IMG/VR virus record: IMGVR_UViG_3300042516_005475
Coordinates: 124,001-188,000 of that record
Strand: one strand, 5' to 3'
Length of the DNA: 64,000 bases
Shown here: positions 36,388 to 46,601 of the stretch, piece by piece
How positions within the stretch are numbered: the first letter of the stretch is position 1
Layout: each line of letters opens with the position of its first letter
Program-made: the position numbers and the translations under genes
The notes under the pieces: model-generated
What the model saw: only the letters and a program-made list of their open reading frames with translations
Databases searched by the model: none
What the model was told of the DNA's origin: nothing

Positions 36388-37113
36388 ATGTACAAGATAA
36401 ACGTAATCTACAGAACGTGCAGCCAACCGAACAGGGACGTAAAGAGACCTGAATGGATGGACAATAACGGCTTCAGGCCGCATTGGTTTAACAAAGAAAA
36501 GTGCTATAACTCTATCCACAATGGGTTGGACACTTATGATAGTATTCATGTACTATTTGATGGAAATAAAAAAGATGTCCCTAAGTACATTATTCCAGAA
36601 ACTGTAGAGAATCTAGAATTCTTTCATGGAGGTAGTGATGCTCATAGCTACAACTATGTTCTTGATTATATTAAGAACAATTTTAGTGAACGAGATCTTA
36701 TCTACATTGTAGAAGACGATTATTTGCATTTGCCAACCTGGTCTAAAGCCCTCAGAGAAGGAGCTGAACTCGATTATACTGAGTATTGGACTCTTTACGA
36801 TCACCCAGACAAGTACTTTAGGGAATGTAAGCCGTGTAAGTTGTATGTAACTTATAACTACCATTGGCGTACTGCTGAATCTACAACTAACACTGTAGCT
36901 TTTAAATATCAGACCTTAATGAAGCATTGGGACATTCACAAGAAGTTCTGTGACCTTGATGCTGGTATGACCTGGGATCATGCAAAGTTCTTGGAACTAA
37001 AGGACAAGTATAATGCAGATGTCTCCTACCCTATTCAAGGATACTCAACTCATTGTGATAGTAGAGCTCTAGCTCCTAATATAGATTGGGAACATTTTAA
37101 TAAAAAGGTATGA
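36388..37113 (+). CDS. GT-A fold glycosyltransferase-like protein
   Basis: IYIVEDDYLH DxD-type motif; start moved to ATG 36388. Confidence 0.7.
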   Translation: MYKINVIYRTCSQPNRDVKRPEWMDNNGFRPHWFNKEKCYNSIHNGLDTYDSIHVLFDGNKKDVPKYIIPETVENLEFFHGGSDAHSYNYVLDYIKNNFSERDLIYIVEDDYLHLPTWSKALREGAELDYTEYWTLYDHPDKYFRECKPCKLYVTYNYHWRTAESTTNTVAFKYQTLMKHWDIHKKFCDLDAGMTWDHAKFLELKDKYNADVSYPIQGYSTHCDSRALAPNIDWEHFNKKV

Positions 37114-37490
37114 GCAAATTATTTGTACATCCTAATCTTTATGTTTCTCTTTCCCCTATTCACGGTTATGGAGTATTCACTGATAGTTTTATACCTGCTA
37201 ATACTATCATTGAAGAGTGTCATTTCATTGATGTTTGTAATGTTAATGAAGACAGTAAAACTTGTATCCGGTATCGTTTTTGCTATCCGATGCAAAACCC
37301 TGTGAAGATGGTGTTGCCATTAGGCATGGGTTGCATCTATAATCATAGCAACGAGGCCAATGCTTCTTGGAGTATTAACTTTGAGAAGAATGTATTTGTC
37401 TTTAAAACAATCAAAAATATATTTGCAAATCAAGAGATTTGTACTTATTATGGTGATGGGGAGTATTGGAAAAATACTAACGGGATATAA
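37110..37490 (+). CDS. SET-domain protein (lysine methyltransferase fold)
   Basis: SPIHGYGVFT, GCIYNHS, KNIFANQEICTYYG. Confidence 0.88.
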   Translation: MSKLFVHPNLYVSLSPIHGYGVFTDSFIPANTIIEECHFIDVCNVNEDSKTCIRYRFCYPMQNPVKMVLPLGMGCIYNHSNEANASWSINFEKNVFVFKTIKNIFANQEICTYYGDGEYWKNTNGI

Positions 37491-37501
37491 ATAATAACAA
37501 T

Positions 37502-37576
37502 GCCGGGTTAGCTCAGCGGTAGAGCAGCTGATTTGTAATCAGCAGGTCGTCGGTTCAAGCCCGACACCCGGCTCCA
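37502..37576 (+). tRNA. tRNA-Thr(TGT)
   Basis: GCCGGGT/ACCCGGC acceptor, loop TTTGTAA, CCA. Confidence 0.93.
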
Positions 37577-37713
37577 CTTTTAATTGAACAGTTTATGGGT
37601 AAGTCATACAAGCAAGGTAAGAATCGCGAAAAGTATAGCAACGAAATTAAGAAGAAGACTAAAAATAAGAACTACTCAATTCAGCCGTTTCTTGAAGTAG
37701 TAGATAAGGAAAA

Positions 37714-38052
37714 ATGAATCTATTAATTGGACTGATTTTATCAGTCTTTGTTTACATAGTTGGCTGGCATCAATTATACGGTCAATTTATTCATGAATTC
37801 TATCGTAAACACCAACATTGGCTAATATTATTAAGTATTCCAAGTACTTATTTAGCTATATACGCTAACAAACTTACTACTGAGTATTTTGATGGTAAGG
37901 TATGGCCAAATAGAATTATCTCCTTGTGTATTGGGTTGGTTGGTTTCTACATCTTATCATCTGTATATTTTGATGAAAAACCAACAATAAAAACAATTGT
38001 AGTTATGTCCTTGGCTATAGCAGCTGTGGTATTACAGATATTCTGGAAATAA
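37714..38052 (+). CDS. Small 4-TM membrane protein (SMR/EamA-like)
   Basis: Four hydrophobic segments. Confidence 0.55.
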   Translation: MNLLIGLILSVFVYIVGWHQLYGQFIHEFYRKHQHWLILLSIPSTYLAIYANKLTTEYFDGKVWPNRIISLCIGLVGFYILSSVYFDEKPTIKTIVVMSLAIAAVVLQIFWK

Positions 38053-38130
38053 TCTGTTTTAATGTATTATCATTCAATTTAAAATTAAATTGATTTAAAC
38101 CTGTTTGTAAGATTGAATCCTAATATTTTA

Positions 38131-38820
38131 TTAAAGGTTTATTTCTCGTGACATATAATGCCAATTGCCTTTATACTTATAAAAATCTAAACCGGAGTAA
38201 TATTCTTGTATTCTATTTACATTTGAACCGTAGGGATTTGGTATTATTGAAGTTATTCTTATTTCTGTTTGAAGGCTTTCTGTATTTTTAATACAATTAT
38301 CTTCATTCTGATAAGCTAACTCTTTTTGACGTTTCATTGATTGTTCAGATAAGTCTAAATTTTTTTCTGGGAGTAGATCTATAGCTCGCTGCTTTATTAA
38401 GAAAAAATCACTCCTATAAAGACCAATATCCATTGAAGCGCCATCACTTGTTAATCTATAATTTGTAGCATTCTTTTCAAATTCTTCTTTTGAACTATAT
38501 TTCTTTATTATTGAGTCTAGAGAAGCTCTAATTTTATTAAAAAATTGAGGGCCAAAATAAGATGTATCATGTGTATAAAAATAAAAGAATTTATCTTCTA
38601 CTATTTCTGGATGGTCGTTTATACACAATAATGAAGTAAACACTGTGTTGTCGTAATTTACAAAATGGTAGTTTACATTCCCTTTAACTTCCTTTTTGTA
38701 TTCCCATGGAGAACCACCTATTATAACTTCTATATTATGTTCGTTTTCTGGAATACTTGGAAGTATAACAGGTAAGGATTTTTCGTAGAATCTAAAATTA
38801 CTATTAATTACTATCCTCAT
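38131..38820 (-). CDS. GT-like hypothetical protein, tandem paralog A
   Basis: YTHDT motif; shares IGGSPWEYKKE and NPYGSNVxRIxEYYSxLDFYKYK with 38820..39518. Confidence 0.6.
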   Translation of the reverse strand: MRIVINSNFRFYEKSLPVILPSIPENEHNIEVIIGGSPWEYKKEVKGNVNYHFVNYDNTVFTSLLCINDHPEIVEDKFFYFYTHDTSYFGPQFFNKIRASLDSIIKKYSSKEEFEKNATNYRLTSDGASMDIGLYRSDFFLIKQRAIDLLPEKNLDLSEQSMKRQKELAYQNEDNCIKNTESLQTEIRITSIIPNPYGSNVNRIQEYYSGLDFYKYKGNWHYMSREINL

Positions 38821-39518
38821 TATAAATTAACCTCTATATTATGTCTTGATAAATCAAAATTGCTTTTGTACTTATAAAAGTCTAGATCAGAATAATACTC
38901 TTCTATTCTTTTTACATTAGAACCATAAGGGTTTGTTACAAGATTAACTGTTCTACCTACCTTAGTTAGAGAAAGATTACTTTCTTTTAAAAACATATCC
39001 TCGTTTTTTAAACTATAAATTTTTGAATCCATTTTACCTTTTTCAGATAAATCAGTATTTTTTATAGAGGCTAGTAATGCCTTTGTTTTTTCCTCTCTAA
39101 AAAAATCTGCTCTATATAAACCCATATTCATAGAAAACCCCTCACACGTTAATTTGATATGTTTAGTATTAGCTATAAAATCTTCTTTTGAACTATATTT
39201 TTTAGCATTAAAATTAATTGCTTCTAATAATTTAACAAAAAAAGTAGGTCCTAATTTAGTGGTATCATGGATATAAAGAAAAAAGTTATTATTTTGAATA
39301 ACTTCATTATGTTCACTTGCAAAAATTAAACTAGTTAAACAAAAATTATTGTAATTAACATAGTGGTAATTTATTCCAGCTTTTTCTTCTTTTTTATACT
39401 CCCAAGGAGACCCACCAATTATTATTTCAATGTTATGAGTTTTTTCAGTAATACTAGGTAGTAGTACTGCTAGAGATTTTTCGTAAAAGTTGTAAGCGCT
39501 ATTAATTAAAATTTTCAT
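38820..39518 (-). CDS. GT-like hypothetical protein, tandem paralog B
   Basis: YIHDT motif; same shared blocks as 38131..38820. Confidence 0.6.
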   Translation of the reverse strand: MKILINSAYNFYEKSLAVLLPSITEKTHNIEIIIGGSPWEYKKEEKAGINYHYVNYNNFCLTSLIFASEHNEVIQNNNFFLYIHDTTKLGPTFFVKLLEAINFNAKKYSSKEDFIANTKHIKLTCEGFSMNMGLYRADFFREEKTKALLASIKNTDLSEKGKMDSKIYSLKNEDMFLKESNLSLTKVGRTVNLVTNPYGSNVKRIEEYYSDLDFYKYKSNFDLSRHNIEVNL

Positions 39519-39536
39519 TTTGTTAACCGATTTTTG

Positions 39537-39905
39537 TTATAGTTCTTTACTTTTTAAGTAAGACTCACCATAGGCCTCTAGCTCTCCAGTAATTTTTTGA
39601 AAGTCATTCTGAGACATTTTATGCCAGTTCTTAAGCATTTTAACCAACTCATCTGCTCTTTCTTTACATCCCTCTAATGGTTCATCATTATCGCGAGCCT
39701 TGGCGTGTTTAATAGCCTGAGTGTATGGAACTCTTTTAGCCTTGAAATGAGTTGCTGTTAAAAGAGAAAACCCACCCTTCTCTTTGGCGCTTTTAGCAAT
39801 TTTCTCTGCACCAGCTTTTCTTGTTTCTAAAAACTCAGGTAAGGTAGCAGGAGCCTCGCTTGTGGACTTCTCTAGTAATAGATTTATCTTATTGTCAAAA
39901 TTCAT
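39537..39905 (-). CDS. Hypothetical protein, CTS-like N-terminus
   Basis: Start moved to ATG 39905 (MNFDNKINLLLE); ATAAATA 12 nt upstream. Confidence 0.6.
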   Translation of the reverse strand: MNFDNKINLLLEKSTSEAPATLPEFLETRKAGAEKIAKSAKEKGGFSLLTATHFKAKRVPYTQAIKHAKARDNDEPLEGCKERADELVKMLKNWHKMSQNDFQKITGELEAYGESYLKSKEL

Positions 39906-39913
39906 ATAGTTAT

Positions 39914-40132
39914 TTATCCGCAATGGCCACACTTGCTATCTTCTATAGCGGTTACTTTCTTGTTATCTACTAATCCATATAATTCAGTATATAGATTGTT
40001 AACTAGCTTATCTATCTTTTTAATAGTTTTAGGTATATATGTATTATCCTCTTTAGCCATTAAGTTGTTTAACTGTTCTGTAAAGAAGAAGACCTTATCT
40101 TGAATATTATTATTTAACTCCTGCTTGTTCAT
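39914..40132 (-). CDS. Small hypothetical protein
   Basis: ORF track. Confidence 0.45.
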   Translation of the reverse strand: MNKQELNNNIQDKVFFFTEQLNNLMAKEDNTYIPKTIKKIDKLVNNLYTELYGLVDNKKVTAIEDSKCGHCG

Positions 40133-40580
40133 ATGTAACCTTTACCTCCTTTCTATCAATTAAAATCTTACGATTCTTTTTGTGTTCATCAGCAACATTA
40201 AGCTTATTTTCTCCAAGGTACTTTACTGCATAATTATTAGAGATAAGCTCTTCATTAAGTACTTTGCGAGTCTTAGGATTAACAATTTCACCTAAAAGTC
40301 TGCCAAACTTCTCTCTACCATTTCCGTCTACATCGTCTGAAAGATGAGTTCTAATTATGACTGTGTCTTCACAATCTTTAACGAATTTTTTGACGTAATC
40401 TTTACTAGCTAAACCGAAGATTTTCTCAATTTTATCAGAGGTTCTGCTCTCAGGAGTATCTATCCCGAGCAATCTAACCTTCTGATTAGTTAATTTAATG
40501 TCGAAACCTAAATCGATATCAATGACAATTGTGTCACCGTCGACTACCTCTACTACCTTCGCATGATATTCAAATGGCAT
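40110..40580 (-). CDS. Thermonuclease (staphylococcal nuclease-like)
   Basis: VVDGDTI, VRLLGIDTPE, EKFGRLLG. Confidence 0.92.
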   Translation of the reverse strand: MPFEYHAKVVEVVDGDTIVIDIDLGFDIKLTNQKVRLLGIDTPESRTSDKIEKIFGLASKDYVKKFVKDCEDTVIIRTHLSDDVDGNGREKFGRLLGEIVNPKTRKVLNEELISNNYAVKYLGENKLNVADEHKKNRKILIDRKEVKVTYEQAGVK

Positions 40581-40634
40581 ACTTTTTTATTTATTCCTGT
40601 TGCATTTAGTTTATTTAGAGAATATCATATTCAT

Positions 40635-40835
40635 ATGAACGTTCACGTTAGCGAAGAAATTCGCAAGAAATACCCTAATATGGAGTTCAGAGGCAAACCT
40701 AGAGAGAGGAATGGTCGCCTCGTTATTGAGGCTCGTATGGATGCTCAAGATCAAACTTTCTGGTATAGCTTCGATGAAGACTTTTTCTGGCAATCTACTT
40801 GTGAGATGCCAGAGTACAAACTACCTAAACTATAA
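40635..40835 (+). CDS. Small hypothetical protein
   Basis: Start moved to ATG 40635; TTCCTG-TTGCAT-17-TATCAT promoter at 40594..40628. Confidence 0.55.
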   Translation: MNVHVSEEIRKKYPNMEFRGKPRERNGRLVIEARMDAQDQTFWYSFDEDFFWQSTCEMPEYKLPKL

Positions 40836-40841
40836 TTTCTT

Positions 40842-40917
40842 GGGTCATTAACTCAAAGGTTAGAGTAAGGGCCTCATAAGCCCCTAGTTGTAGGTTCGAA
40901 TCCTACATGGCCCACCA
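40842..40917 (+). tRNA. tRNA with CAT anticodon (elongator Met or Ile2)
   Basis: GGGTCAT/ATGGCCC acceptor, loop CTCATAA, A73, CCA; Met versus Ile2 not resolvable by eye. Confidence 0.88.
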
Positions 40918-40923
40918 TTTCTC

Positions 40924-41121
40924 ATGATACAAAACAAATTGTTTCTCACCCTTGCTAGGACTATCGACCATCGTGTTGGTTACACAGATGAGTGCAAGCC
41001 TGATGTGCCTGTACTCCCTGTAAACTATGCTCTTGCAAGTTTCATTTTTCGATTTATAATCGTCTTTGTGAATTTTGTTACTTGTGGGTTCATTATTACA
41101 AACATTATTCATCACTGGTAA
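40924..41121 (+). CDS. Small membrane protein
   Basis: ORF track; hydrophobic C-terminal half. Confidence 0.5.
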   Translation: MIQNKLFLTLARTIDHRVGYTDECKPDVPVLPVNYALASFIFRFIIVFVNFVTCGFIITNIIHHW

Positions 41122-41375
41122 TGAAAATTAATCTCGAACAAGCAGGTTCGATTAAAGATCTCTATTTCCACGCTAAGATTAACGGGAATTTCATTGGAAA
41201 TATCTATAGAGAGGTAGACGGTTTTTATTACTTTGAACCTCTCCCTGATAAAGGAGGTTGCTATAGCGAGGAGCTTCTTGGAGCCTTGTTATTTGAGTTA
41301 CAGCAACTAAATGCTCCTTGGAAAGAAAATATTCGACAGTACTTTGAGAATGAATCAAACAAGCAACAAGATTGA
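41121..41375 (+). CDS. Hypothetical protein
   Basis: IYREVDGFYYF...LNAPW pattern. Confidence 0.55.
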   Translation: MKINLEQAGSIKDLYFHAKINGNFIGNIYREVDGFYYFEPLPDKGGCYSEELLGALLFELQQLNAPWKENIRQYFENESNKQQD

Positions 41376-41874
41376 CGATAGATATTTCAGAGTTAACGAA
41401 TGTGTGTTTCCTTATTTTAAGAACCCATTCAATAATGCTAGTAAAAATGAGAGAACTGTAGAAGTACCTCTAGGAGAGTTCTTTATTAACAACTTTGGTT
41501 ATGGTATTACTGAAATTAATGTTGTAATGGCTACTTACGGATTTAACTGTGGGGAGTGCTTAACAACTCAAGATGCACTAGTACAGGATATGAGTAATAA
41601 GAACATTCTTTCCATTGGCAATACTAACTCTGATCTAGTTAAAAAGATTGTATCGCAGGCTAACAATTATTTGATTACATGGGCTATAGGTTTTAGTAGC
41701 GAATTAGATAATTTTGCTAAAGAAAGCTCTATTCAAAAATTTACAATGAAGAGAATTTCTGAAAATAATAAATGGATCAAAGAAAGTGAGATTAACTTTC
41801 AGCACAAATATAATGAACCATACGAATATGGTAATGGTATTTGCTGTGTAACTAACTTAGAGGTATTGCTATGA
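41350..41874 (+). CDS. Hypothetical glycan-modification protein
   Basis: NERTVEVPLG motif; context among methyltransferases. Confidence 0.5.
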   Translation: MNQTSNKIDDRYFRVNECVFPYFKNPFNNASKNERTVEVPLGEFFINNFGYGITEINVVMATYGFNCGECLTTQDALVQDMSNKNILSIGNTNSDLVKKIVSQANNYLITWAIGFSSELDNFAKESSIQKFTMKRISENNKWIKESEINFQHKYNEPYEYGNGICCVTNLEVLL

Positions 41875-42479
41875 ATCTTGAGTTAGTTAAAAAGTATTTC
41901 TCTCCTAGCTCAATACTTGATATTGGAGCCCATGTAGGGGAATTCTATACATTGGCTAAGAGTGTTTTTCCAGATGCTGAAATTATATCTGTTGAAGCAG
42001 AACCCTCATGTTCAACAGAACTATTGAATGTTAACCCAAACTCTATTATTGCTCTCTTAGCAAAAGACAATGCAATTTACAATTGGTATAAAACTACTGA
42101 GAATAGTATTTGTACGGGTAACTCTATATATAGAGAAATTTCTGACCATTTCTCTAATGAAAAGCTCATCATCGAGGAAAGAATTGGTGTTAAACTAAGC
42201 GATTTATTTAAGCACAATCAATTTGATCTAATTAAACTAGATACTCAAGGCTCTGAGTTAGATATTATACAGGGTGGTATGGATATATGTAAAGCAGCCA
42301 AAGGCATTATTATTGAAACCTCTATCAACAAATACAATGATGGAGCTCCTTTATACGTGCAAGTAGTAGTGTTTATGAATAGTATAGGTTTTGAGCAGCG
42401 AGAAGAAATCGACATTTTCCACTATGGAAATGTTTATCAAAAAGACATTCTTTTCATTAAGAAAGGCTTGAATTCGTAA
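41871..42479 (+). CDS. FkbM-family methyltransferase
   Basis: ILDIGAHVG...VEA...IKLDTQGSELDIIQG. Confidence 0.9.
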   Translation: MNLELVKKYFSPSSILDIGAHVGEFYTLAKSVFPDAEIISVEAEPSCSTELLNVNPNSIIALLAKDNAIYNWYKTTENSICTGNSIYREISDHFSNEKLIIEERIGVKLSDLFKHNQFDLIKLDTQGSELDIIQGGMDICKAAKGIIIETSINKYNDGAPLYVQVVVFMNSIGFEQREEIDIFHYGNVYQKDILFIKKGLNS

Positions 42480-42502
42480 AAAAATCAGTTAAAATAAGTG
42501 TA

Positions 42503-43177
42503 ATGAAAAACAAAGTCGAGTTGCTTGGATTTTACGGAAATGACCAGGTGCATGCCTGTTCTGCCTGGACATCAACTAGTCGAAACTTATCAGATGAAAA
42601 AATTGAAAGAATTCCTAAATTGCTCAAGATGCTTGCTGACGCAGGTCACCATACTCCTTTTGAAAAGTCTACTCTACACTTTTTGGTGGATACTGATATT
42701 GCTAGTCACATTCATCTCCTTAAGCATCGTATCGGTGTATCTATTAATGGAGAGTCTGCTCGGTACAAGGAAATAAAGGAAGACAAGTATCTTATTCCAG
42801 AAGATTGGAAAGATATTGAATCTAATTTTGTAGATGGAGATAGTAATAAGTTAGGTGTTCAAAATGATAAATGGGCAAAAATTCTTGAACATTATACTGA
42901 ACTTGGCAATACTCTTTATCATCAATGCGTTAAAGACCTTGAGCCAACTTTAGGGCGCAAGCGAGCTAAGGAATCTGCTCGATTCTTCAAAACTTACAAC
43001 TCTCAGATTCAGGCTGATATTTCCTTTAATTGGCGAAGCTTTTATCACTTCCTTCAGCTTCGCAACAAGCCTGATGCACAGCTAGAGATTCGAGAAATTG
43101 CTGCAGAGATGTTGAATCAAGTTAAGAACATTGACGGCAATCCGTTCGAACATACCATTGCTGCATTTGAACTGTAA
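42503..43177 (+). CDS. thyX: FAD-dependent thymidylate synthase
   Basis: GHHTPFE, HLLKHRIGVSINGESARY, NWRSFYHFLQLR...AQLEIR. Confidence 0.93.
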   Translation: MKNKVELLGFYGNDQVHACSAWTSTSRNLSDEKIERIPKLLKMLADAGHHTPFEKSTLHFLVDTDIASHIHLLKHRIGVSINGESARYKEIKEDKYLIPEDWKDIESNFVDGDSNKLGVQNDKWAKILEHYTELGNTLYHQCVKDLEPTLGRKRAKESARFFKTYNSQIQADISFNWRSFYHFLQLRNKPDAQLEIREIAAEMLNQVKNIDGNPFEHTIAAFEL

Positions 43178-43178
43178 T

Positions 43179-43712
43179 ATGAATAAACCAGAAGAAATTA
43201 TTGTTGAATTGCCTGAATTTTACCGAACTACTAAGCTCGGTGATAAACTGCTTGATATTATTCCATACGGGTGGCGTATGTATTACAAGTATCAAGACTT
43301 GCAGCATTGGATTATTAAGACTTATCAAAAGCTTCGCTATGGAGTTTCTGAAAGTGAGTGTTGGAATCTTAGCACAACAATCACCAGCTTTGTATTGCCT
43401 CGTCTCAAGCATTTTAAGAAGATGCAGAGATATGCTTATCCTCCTGATATAACTCCAGAGCAATGGGAAGAGATCATTGATGAGTTGATCTGGACATTTG
43501 AGTTCATGAATAACGAAGGAGAGGTTCTCAATCCTTTCCCAGATGTATGGAAGAATGAAGAAGAAGAGCTATGGGAATACTGCCAGAGGAAGAAAACTCC
43601 TGAAGAGAAAGAGGCTATTAATAAATGGTATGCTAAGCAACTTGAACTTAATGAGCGTAAGAGAAGGGGTCTCGAGTTATTTGCTAAGTACTATGATGCT
43701 CTTTGGGACTAA
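43179..43712 (+). CDS. Conserved phage hypothetical protein
   Basis: ECWNL...PRLKHFK...WEEIIDELIWTF...GLELFAKYYDALWD. Confidence 0.6.
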   Translation: MNKPEEIIVELPEFYRTTKLGDKLLDIIPYGWRMYYKYQDLQHWIIKTYQKLRYGVSESECWNLSTTITSFVLPRLKHFKKMQRYAYPPDITPEQWEEIIDELIWTFEFMNNEGEVLNPFPDVWKNEEEELWEYCQRKKTPEEKEAINKWYAKQLELNERKRRGLELFAKYYDALWD

Positions 43713-43930
43713 ATAACTTTATGAATCAAAACATTATTAGAGAGAACAATGATTTCTCAGTAGATTATAAGGATACCTGTGTAGCCTGTAATGGTCCTTC
43801 AGAGGAGAACAAGAGTACCAATGTTACTTTACGCAAATTTTATGTAGAAGGTTCTGGGCAATTGTGTAGGAAGTGTTATTTTAATGTTTTTCCAGAGAAA
43901 CCCTATTCAAATTATTCGAATCTTGGATAA
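43703..43930 (+). CDS. Small zinc-finger protein
   Basis: CVAC...YVEGSGQLCRKC. Confidence 0.6.
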   Translation: MGLNNFMNQNIIRENNDFSVDYKDTCVACNGPSEENKSTNVTLRKFYVEGSGQLCRKCYFNVFPEKPYSNYSNLG

Positions 43931-43938
43931 ATACCTAT

Positions 43939-46035
43939 GTGAAGTTTCAAGATTATCTCATTGAGTCCTGGAAAGATTATAAAGTAAGTAACAGCCCCAA
44001 AGTACTTTTGTACGACTTTTACTTGCTTAGTTATCTTTCCTCTCTTATTTTAGATCCAGGTACCAGAAAAGATGTTGGTTTAACAGGTGTTGGTTATTCT
44101 GGTAAATTCTTTGGAAGAGAAGGTAAAGAGCTCGATGAAGATATTCAAAACGCACAGAGAAAGCTATTACCATTCTTAGGTAACAAGCTATCTCAGGCTT
44201 TATTTTTAGCCGTTTGCGCAGAGCTACGCCATGTATTAGATAGAAATCAACAATGGAGTGAGTTTAAGCATACAAAGAACAAAACATTTAGAAACTATAT
44301 AAGAAACTTAGAGTTCATGAATAATAAAGAACTCAAAGATTTCCAATCTAAAAGAAACATAGAAAATCCAAGATTACAGGTTCAAAGCCAAGGTTATAAA
44401 ACATCTTACCAGGCTGCAAAGAAGTCTATCAAAGAAACAGGTGGCAATGTAATTGACTTTGCCAGAATGGCTGCAGACGCCTTTGAAGATTTAAACTGGT
44501 CAGCATCATACGGAGGAGATAAGTGGGCTGAAATTGCTAAAGGTTATGTAGATTTGCGCCTGGCTCTCAACAATTATAATCCTGAGGCTCCCAGCCCTTC
44601 TTCTGAGTCAGCAGAAAGGTTAATTGCTGCTATTGATCATGCATTTGATTTAGAGCACAATACTGGTACAGTATTAAACAAAGTAAAGTACTTTGATGTT
44701 AAGGGATATGATTGGATTAAGACTGCCTTGGATGATAAGAGAGATGCTAACATGTATGACATAGCCAAGAAGGCTAGTAGCGACATGAGAAAGCTAGGTC
44801 AAGAAGTGTTAAAGGTGGCTGGTATGCAGGATAAGCAGATGAAAAAAGTACCTGCAGAGGCTGGTATTCCAACAAAGAAAATAAAGCTGGCTGGGTTTAC
44901 CTCGAAGAAATATGAAGGTGAACATATTAAAGATCTCAGCAGTCTTCCTATAGGTAGTCTCATAACAGATGATTATAGCGAGTATGTAGCTAAAGTTTTA
45001 AATATAAAAAATGCAGAGAAAAAGGTTACGGTTAAATTTATAGCTATAAAAAATAAAAATGATGAAAAATGGTTAGGAAAAACTCATAGATATAGTTTTA
45101 ACTATATTAAAGAAAAATTACACATAGTTAAAAAACAAGATGAGGCTAATCTCTTAAAAGATTACTTTGTAGATCCTAGTTATAAACCGGAAGTTACTAG
45201 CACTTCATCTGCCATAAAAATTGGTGACACAGTAAAAGTTAAGAATAATAACATGGAGGGTACTGTAGAATTAATTAATAATGAGGGAGATAATGAAGCA
45301 CCCTTAGTTCAAATTAAAGTAATTAAAGCTATTCACCCTGAGCTTGTAGGTATTAAAACCTGGTACCCAGCAGACCATCTTGAGAAGATATCTCCATCAA
45401 AGGTAGTTAAGCTACAAGGTTTTGGTAGTAAAAAGCCAGCAAAAAATGAGGCATTATTATTTTCAACAGAAATTGAAAGCCCATATATGTTAACTATAGG
45501 TTCAATTCTAATTAATATCCATAGTTCTGATCTATATATTGTTCAAATGGTTAATGGGCCTGGAAATTATATAAAGATAAAATTAGTTGCATCGAACGAC
45601 GCTTTGGAGTTTCCTAATTATACTGAACCTGAATTATACAATGGTGCTACAATTGCGAGAGATTTTAGATTAATAAAAAACAAAGATAAGGAAAGAGCCT
45701 TTGCTTCATATGAGTTTATAAAATTATCTTCTGCGAGTAGAGAAGCATCTAAGGCTGCCAAGGCAGATGAGCCAGCCCCTAGAGAAAGAGATGAAAATTT
45801 AAAAGTTGGTTTTTACTTTGTAATTAATAATGAAACAAACATTGTTCAAATAACAGCTCTTCCAAGAGGTTATGTTGAATATAAAATAGTAGCAGCTACT
45901 AAAAAATATAAAGAGTTGGAAGGTGTTTCTAGCGGTATGCCTAAAGATATGTTCATAGATTCAATTGACTTTGCTATTAATCCTAAATCAACTGAATTTA
46001 ATTACTATATTAGACAATTCAAAAATAAACGTTGA
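43939..46035 (+). CDS. Large putative head-packaged protein; N-domain paralogous to 50814..54314
   Basis: MKFQDYLIE; LYDFYLLS, SYGGDKWAEIAKGY, AIDHAFDLEHNTG. Confidence 0.65.
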   Translation: MKFQDYLIESWKDYKVSNSPKVLLYDFYLLSYLSSLILDPGTRKDVGLTGVGYSGKFFGREGKELDEDIQNAQRKLLPFLGNKLSQALFLAVCAELRHVLDRNQQWSEFKHTKNKTFRNYIRNLEFMNNKELKDFQSKRNIENPRLQVQSQGYKTSYQAAKKSIKETGGNVIDFARMAADAFEDLNWSASYGGDKWAEIAKGYVDLRLALNNYNPEAPSPSSESAERLIAAIDHAFDLEHNTGTVLNKVKYFDVKGYDWIKTALDDKRDANMYDIAKKASSDMRKLGQEVLKVAGMQDKQMKKVPAEAGIPTKKIKLAGFTSKKYEGEHIKDLSSLPIGSLITDDYSEYVAKVLNIKNAEKKVTVKFIAIKNKNDEKWLGKTHRYSFNYIKEKLHIVKKQDEANLLKDYFVDPSYKPEVTSTSSAIKIGDTVKVKNNNMEGTVELINNEGDNEAPLVQIKVIKAIHPELVGIKTWYPADHLEKISPSKVVKLQGFGSKKPAKNEALLFSTEIESPYMLTIGSILINIHSSDLYIVQMVNGPGNYIKIKLVASNDALEFPNYTEPELYNGATIARDFRLIKNKDKERAFASYEFIKLSSASREASKAAKADEPAPRERDENLKVGFYFVINNETNIVQITALPRGYVEYKIVAATKKYKELEGVSSGMPKDMFIDSIDFAINPKSTEFNYYIRQFKNKR

Positions 46036-46065
46036 TTCTGCATAGAACCCCGTTATAATACAGAA

Positions 46066-46458
46066 ATGAGCTATTATCTCTTTTTGGACGATGAACGCTT
46101 CCCTCAAGATGTCACTTGGGTGAAGCTCCCACCCCACAACTGGACCATTGTTCGCAACTATGCTGACTTTGTGCGAACCATTGAGAACAAAGGTTTGCCT
46201 GTGGAAATTGCCTTTGATCATGACTTGGGACACGAGCATTATCAGGCCTATCATGCCGCTGCTAAGCCTGGACATGGAGTCATTGATTACAGCAGCTTCA
46301 AGGAGAAGACTGGTCTCGACTGCGCCAAGTGGCTCATTGAACATTGTAACGAGAAGAATTTGCCGTTCCCCAAGTATTATGTTCACTCCATGAACCCCAT
46401 TGGCAAGCAGAATATCATCAACGCTGTCAATTCCTTCAAAAGATATTTGCAAAAGTAG
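46066..46458 (+). CDS. Cyclic-phosphate-processing receiver (cREC) domain protein
   Basis: LFLDDERFP, VRNY, IAFDHDLG, TGLDCAKWL, VHSMNPIG; TTGATT-16-TATAAT promoter at 46032..46059. Confidence 0.8.
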   Translation: MSYYLFLDDERFPQDVTWVKLPPHNWTIVRNYADFVRTIENKGLPVEIAFDHDLGHEHYQAYHAAAKPGHGVIDYSSFKEKTGLDCAKWLIEHCNEKNLPFPKYYVHSMNPIGKQNIINAVNSFKRYLQK

Positions 46459-46601
46459 TGGCGTTCCTTCAAAAAAGCAGCCATAATGATTGTAGAAAAT
46501 TTAGAACGGTAGTAACGTTCAACAGGTGCTGACAATACGTAGAAAAAGATAGTGTTGGCTAAGTGCGAGTTGTAGTGCCTCCAGCCTGTGTTCTTTTCAA
46601 T

